Notes under the pieces: model-generated
What the model was told of the DNA's origin: nothing
What the model saw: only the letters and a program-made list of their open reading frames with translations
Databases searched by the model: none
Translations under genes and position numbers: made by a program
Assembly (NCBI GenBank): GCA_963748015.1
Contig: CAVVHE010000007.1
Span: forward strand, 1 to 60,109
Direction of reading: 5' to 3'
DNA: 60,109 nucleotides
Source: Terriglobia bacterium
Lineage (GTDB): Bacteria; Acidobacteriota; Polarisedimenticolia; Polarisedimenticolales; JAIQFR01
In this document: positions 58,001 through 60,109 of the stretch, piece by piece
How positions within the stretch are numbered: position 1 is the first letter of the stretch
How the letters are laid out: every line of letters begins with the position of its first letter

Positions 58001-60109
58001 TGGTCACGGAGCCGACGTCGCTCTCCCAGACCCTCCACACCGGACAGCAGGTGATCCAGCCGCTGACCGTCTACAACACCGGCGGATCGAACCTGATCGT
58101 CAACGCCGCCGCCGACCAGGGCAACGGCCAGCTCGTCGTCGCGGACGACGTCGGCGCGTCGGGCTCCGGAGGACCCGACGGCTTCGGCTACGTCTGGAAG
58201 GACTCCGACGCGTCGGGCGGGCCGACGTTCAGCTGGGTGGACATCAGCGCCACGGGCACGCTGCTCCCGCTAGGCGGGCGATGACGCCATGAGCCCGGCC
58301 ATCAGCATGGGGATGACGTTCCCGTTCTACGGGACGAACTTCTCCCAGCTCAAGGTCTGCACGAACGGGTTCATCACGTTCGACACCACCGCGACCTCGT
58401 GTCCGCCCGACAACGTCGCGCTCCCGACCACGACGCTGCCCAAGAACTCGATCGCGCTGTTCTGGGACGACCTGGTGGTTCGGACGGCTCGGGGGCGACG
58501 CTACCTGAACGACACCGCCAACGGCCGATTCATCATCCAGTTCACGGATGTTTTCCGCTCGTGACCTGATCAGAGAACTCGCCACCAACACGTTCCAGGT
58601 CCAGCTGTACCAGAACGGCAAGATCGTGCTCCAGTACCGGACGATGAACTCCACCGTCAAGAACAGCGCGACGATCGGGATCCAGGGCGGCGGGACGTCT
58701 CCGTACCCTGCGCTGCAGGTGGTCGCGAACGCGGACTACGTACACAACTTCCTCGCCATCGAGATCAGCGAGCCTCCCGACTGGCTCGTCGTGACTCCCG
58801 CCAGCGCCACGATCCCGCCCGGCGGCAACGCCGTGTTCAACGTGAAGTTCGATACGACGGACCGGGTCGGCGCCGTGCTCAACGGCGCGATCGTCCTGAC
58901 GAACAATCTGCCCGAGACGAGGCGGATCCCGACGTCGCTCACCTTGCTCGGCGCGCCGATCGCCGGCATCGTCCCGACCTCGTTCGACTTCGGCACGAGA
59001 TTCGTCGGGTATCCCTACCTGACGACGCTCCAGGTGGTGAACACGGGCATCGATACGCTCAACGTGCTCGACGTCACCACCAACGACGCCTCGCTGACGG
59101 TCTCCGAGCCCGCGACGGGCGACGTCTACACCCACGCGGCCTTCTCGCTGCCGCCCGGAGGCTCCCGCCTCTTCAATCTCAGGTGGCTGCCGACTTCCCC
59201 GGGCGCGCTGCCCGCGGATGCCGCGGTGCAGGTCGTAAGCGACGACCCGGTGAACCCGACGAAGACCATGCCGGTGAGCGGCACGGCGATCCTGCCGCCG
59301 ATCGCCGCCTGGACGCCGCCGTCGTTCCTCGACTCGGTCCTCTCCGGCGACGCCGTGCACCACCTGCTGCACCTCGAAAACCAGGGCGCCAGCGACCTGA
59401 CCTACGCCGCGAACATCAACCCGCCCGCCAGGTGGCTGAGCGTGACGCCGCAATCCGGAACGATCCCGGCCGGCGGCTTCCACGATCTCGTCGTGGACGT
59501 CCACTCGAGCGGGCTGATCGGGGGCGATTACACGGCGTACGTCAACTTCACCACGAACGACCCCGCGCACGGCGTGTTCCAGGTCCCGGTGGGCCTCCAC
59601 GTCACCGGCATTCCGCACATCGGCGCGGCCCCGACGGCGCTGGCTTTCCCGACGACCTTCGCCGGCTACAGCCGCACGCTGCCGCTGACGATCCAGAACA
59701 CCGGGACCGGCGTCCTGCACATCACGGACGTCTCGGTCTCCGGCGACTTCAGCCAGATCGGCATCACGCCGCCGGTATCCATCCCGGCCCACGGGTCGAT
59801 CCCGGTGACCGTGCGCTTCTCGCCGCCGTCCCCGGGAACGTACCACGGCCAGCTCACGATCACGAGCGACGATCCGGACATGGGATCCCTCGTGATCCCG
59901 CTCGACGGCACCTCGCAGGTGCCGCCGGTCATCGGCGTCGATCCGGCGTCCATTACCGAGATCCTTGCACCCGGTGGAACCGGCACGCGCGAGCTGTCCG
60001 TCTGCAACGCCGGTAGCAGCGATCTCACGTGGAGCGGCTCGACGCACGTCATCTCGGCCGCGGGCGCGACTCCCCAGCCGGCGCCCGACCTCGCGAAGGG
60101 CAGCTCGAT
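55034..60109 (+). CDS. Very large S8 subtilase with FN3-like and repeated Ig-like accessory modules; partial, several apparent frameshifts 57040-58565
   Basis: IDTG (Asp), HGHGTH (His), GTSMATP (Ser); propeptide VEYAEPNY; repeated GGPDxFGYxWxDSD and SNDP modules; open at the window end. Confidence 0.88.

Overview
GC-rich bacterial chromosomal segment. Gene content suggests an Acidobacteriota-like environmental lineage, but this is inference. From left to right: (1) a ChpI/MazF-type toxin-antitoxin pair; (2) a tightly coupled receiver / HEAT-repeat / processive GT2 / flippase-like / GT-C-like / TPR-beta-barrel operon that looks like a surface-glycan system; (3) hydrolase and metabolic genes; (4) from about 18.4 to 27 kb, an integron cassette array with an attI-like site and nine attC sites but no integrase anywhere in the window. 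One attC is split by an IS1111-type (IS110 family) element carrying a long downstream non-coding region, another cassette has an attI-like simple site in place of its attC, and a reverse-oriented HigBA-like TA cassette has its own promoter. Next come accessory genes, housekeeping genes (ppa, crcB, tRNA-Trp, trmB, folC, accD), an EVE-like/DUF429 plus YprB-like nuclease pair, an ECF sigma/anti-sigma locus and a very large S8 protease running off the end. Three families of intergenic palindromic elements are present, and two of them keep their structure despite changed stem sequences. Several genes carry single-base frameshifts that are most likely sequencing or assembly indels. All family assignments come from motif recognition by eye; no searches were run.
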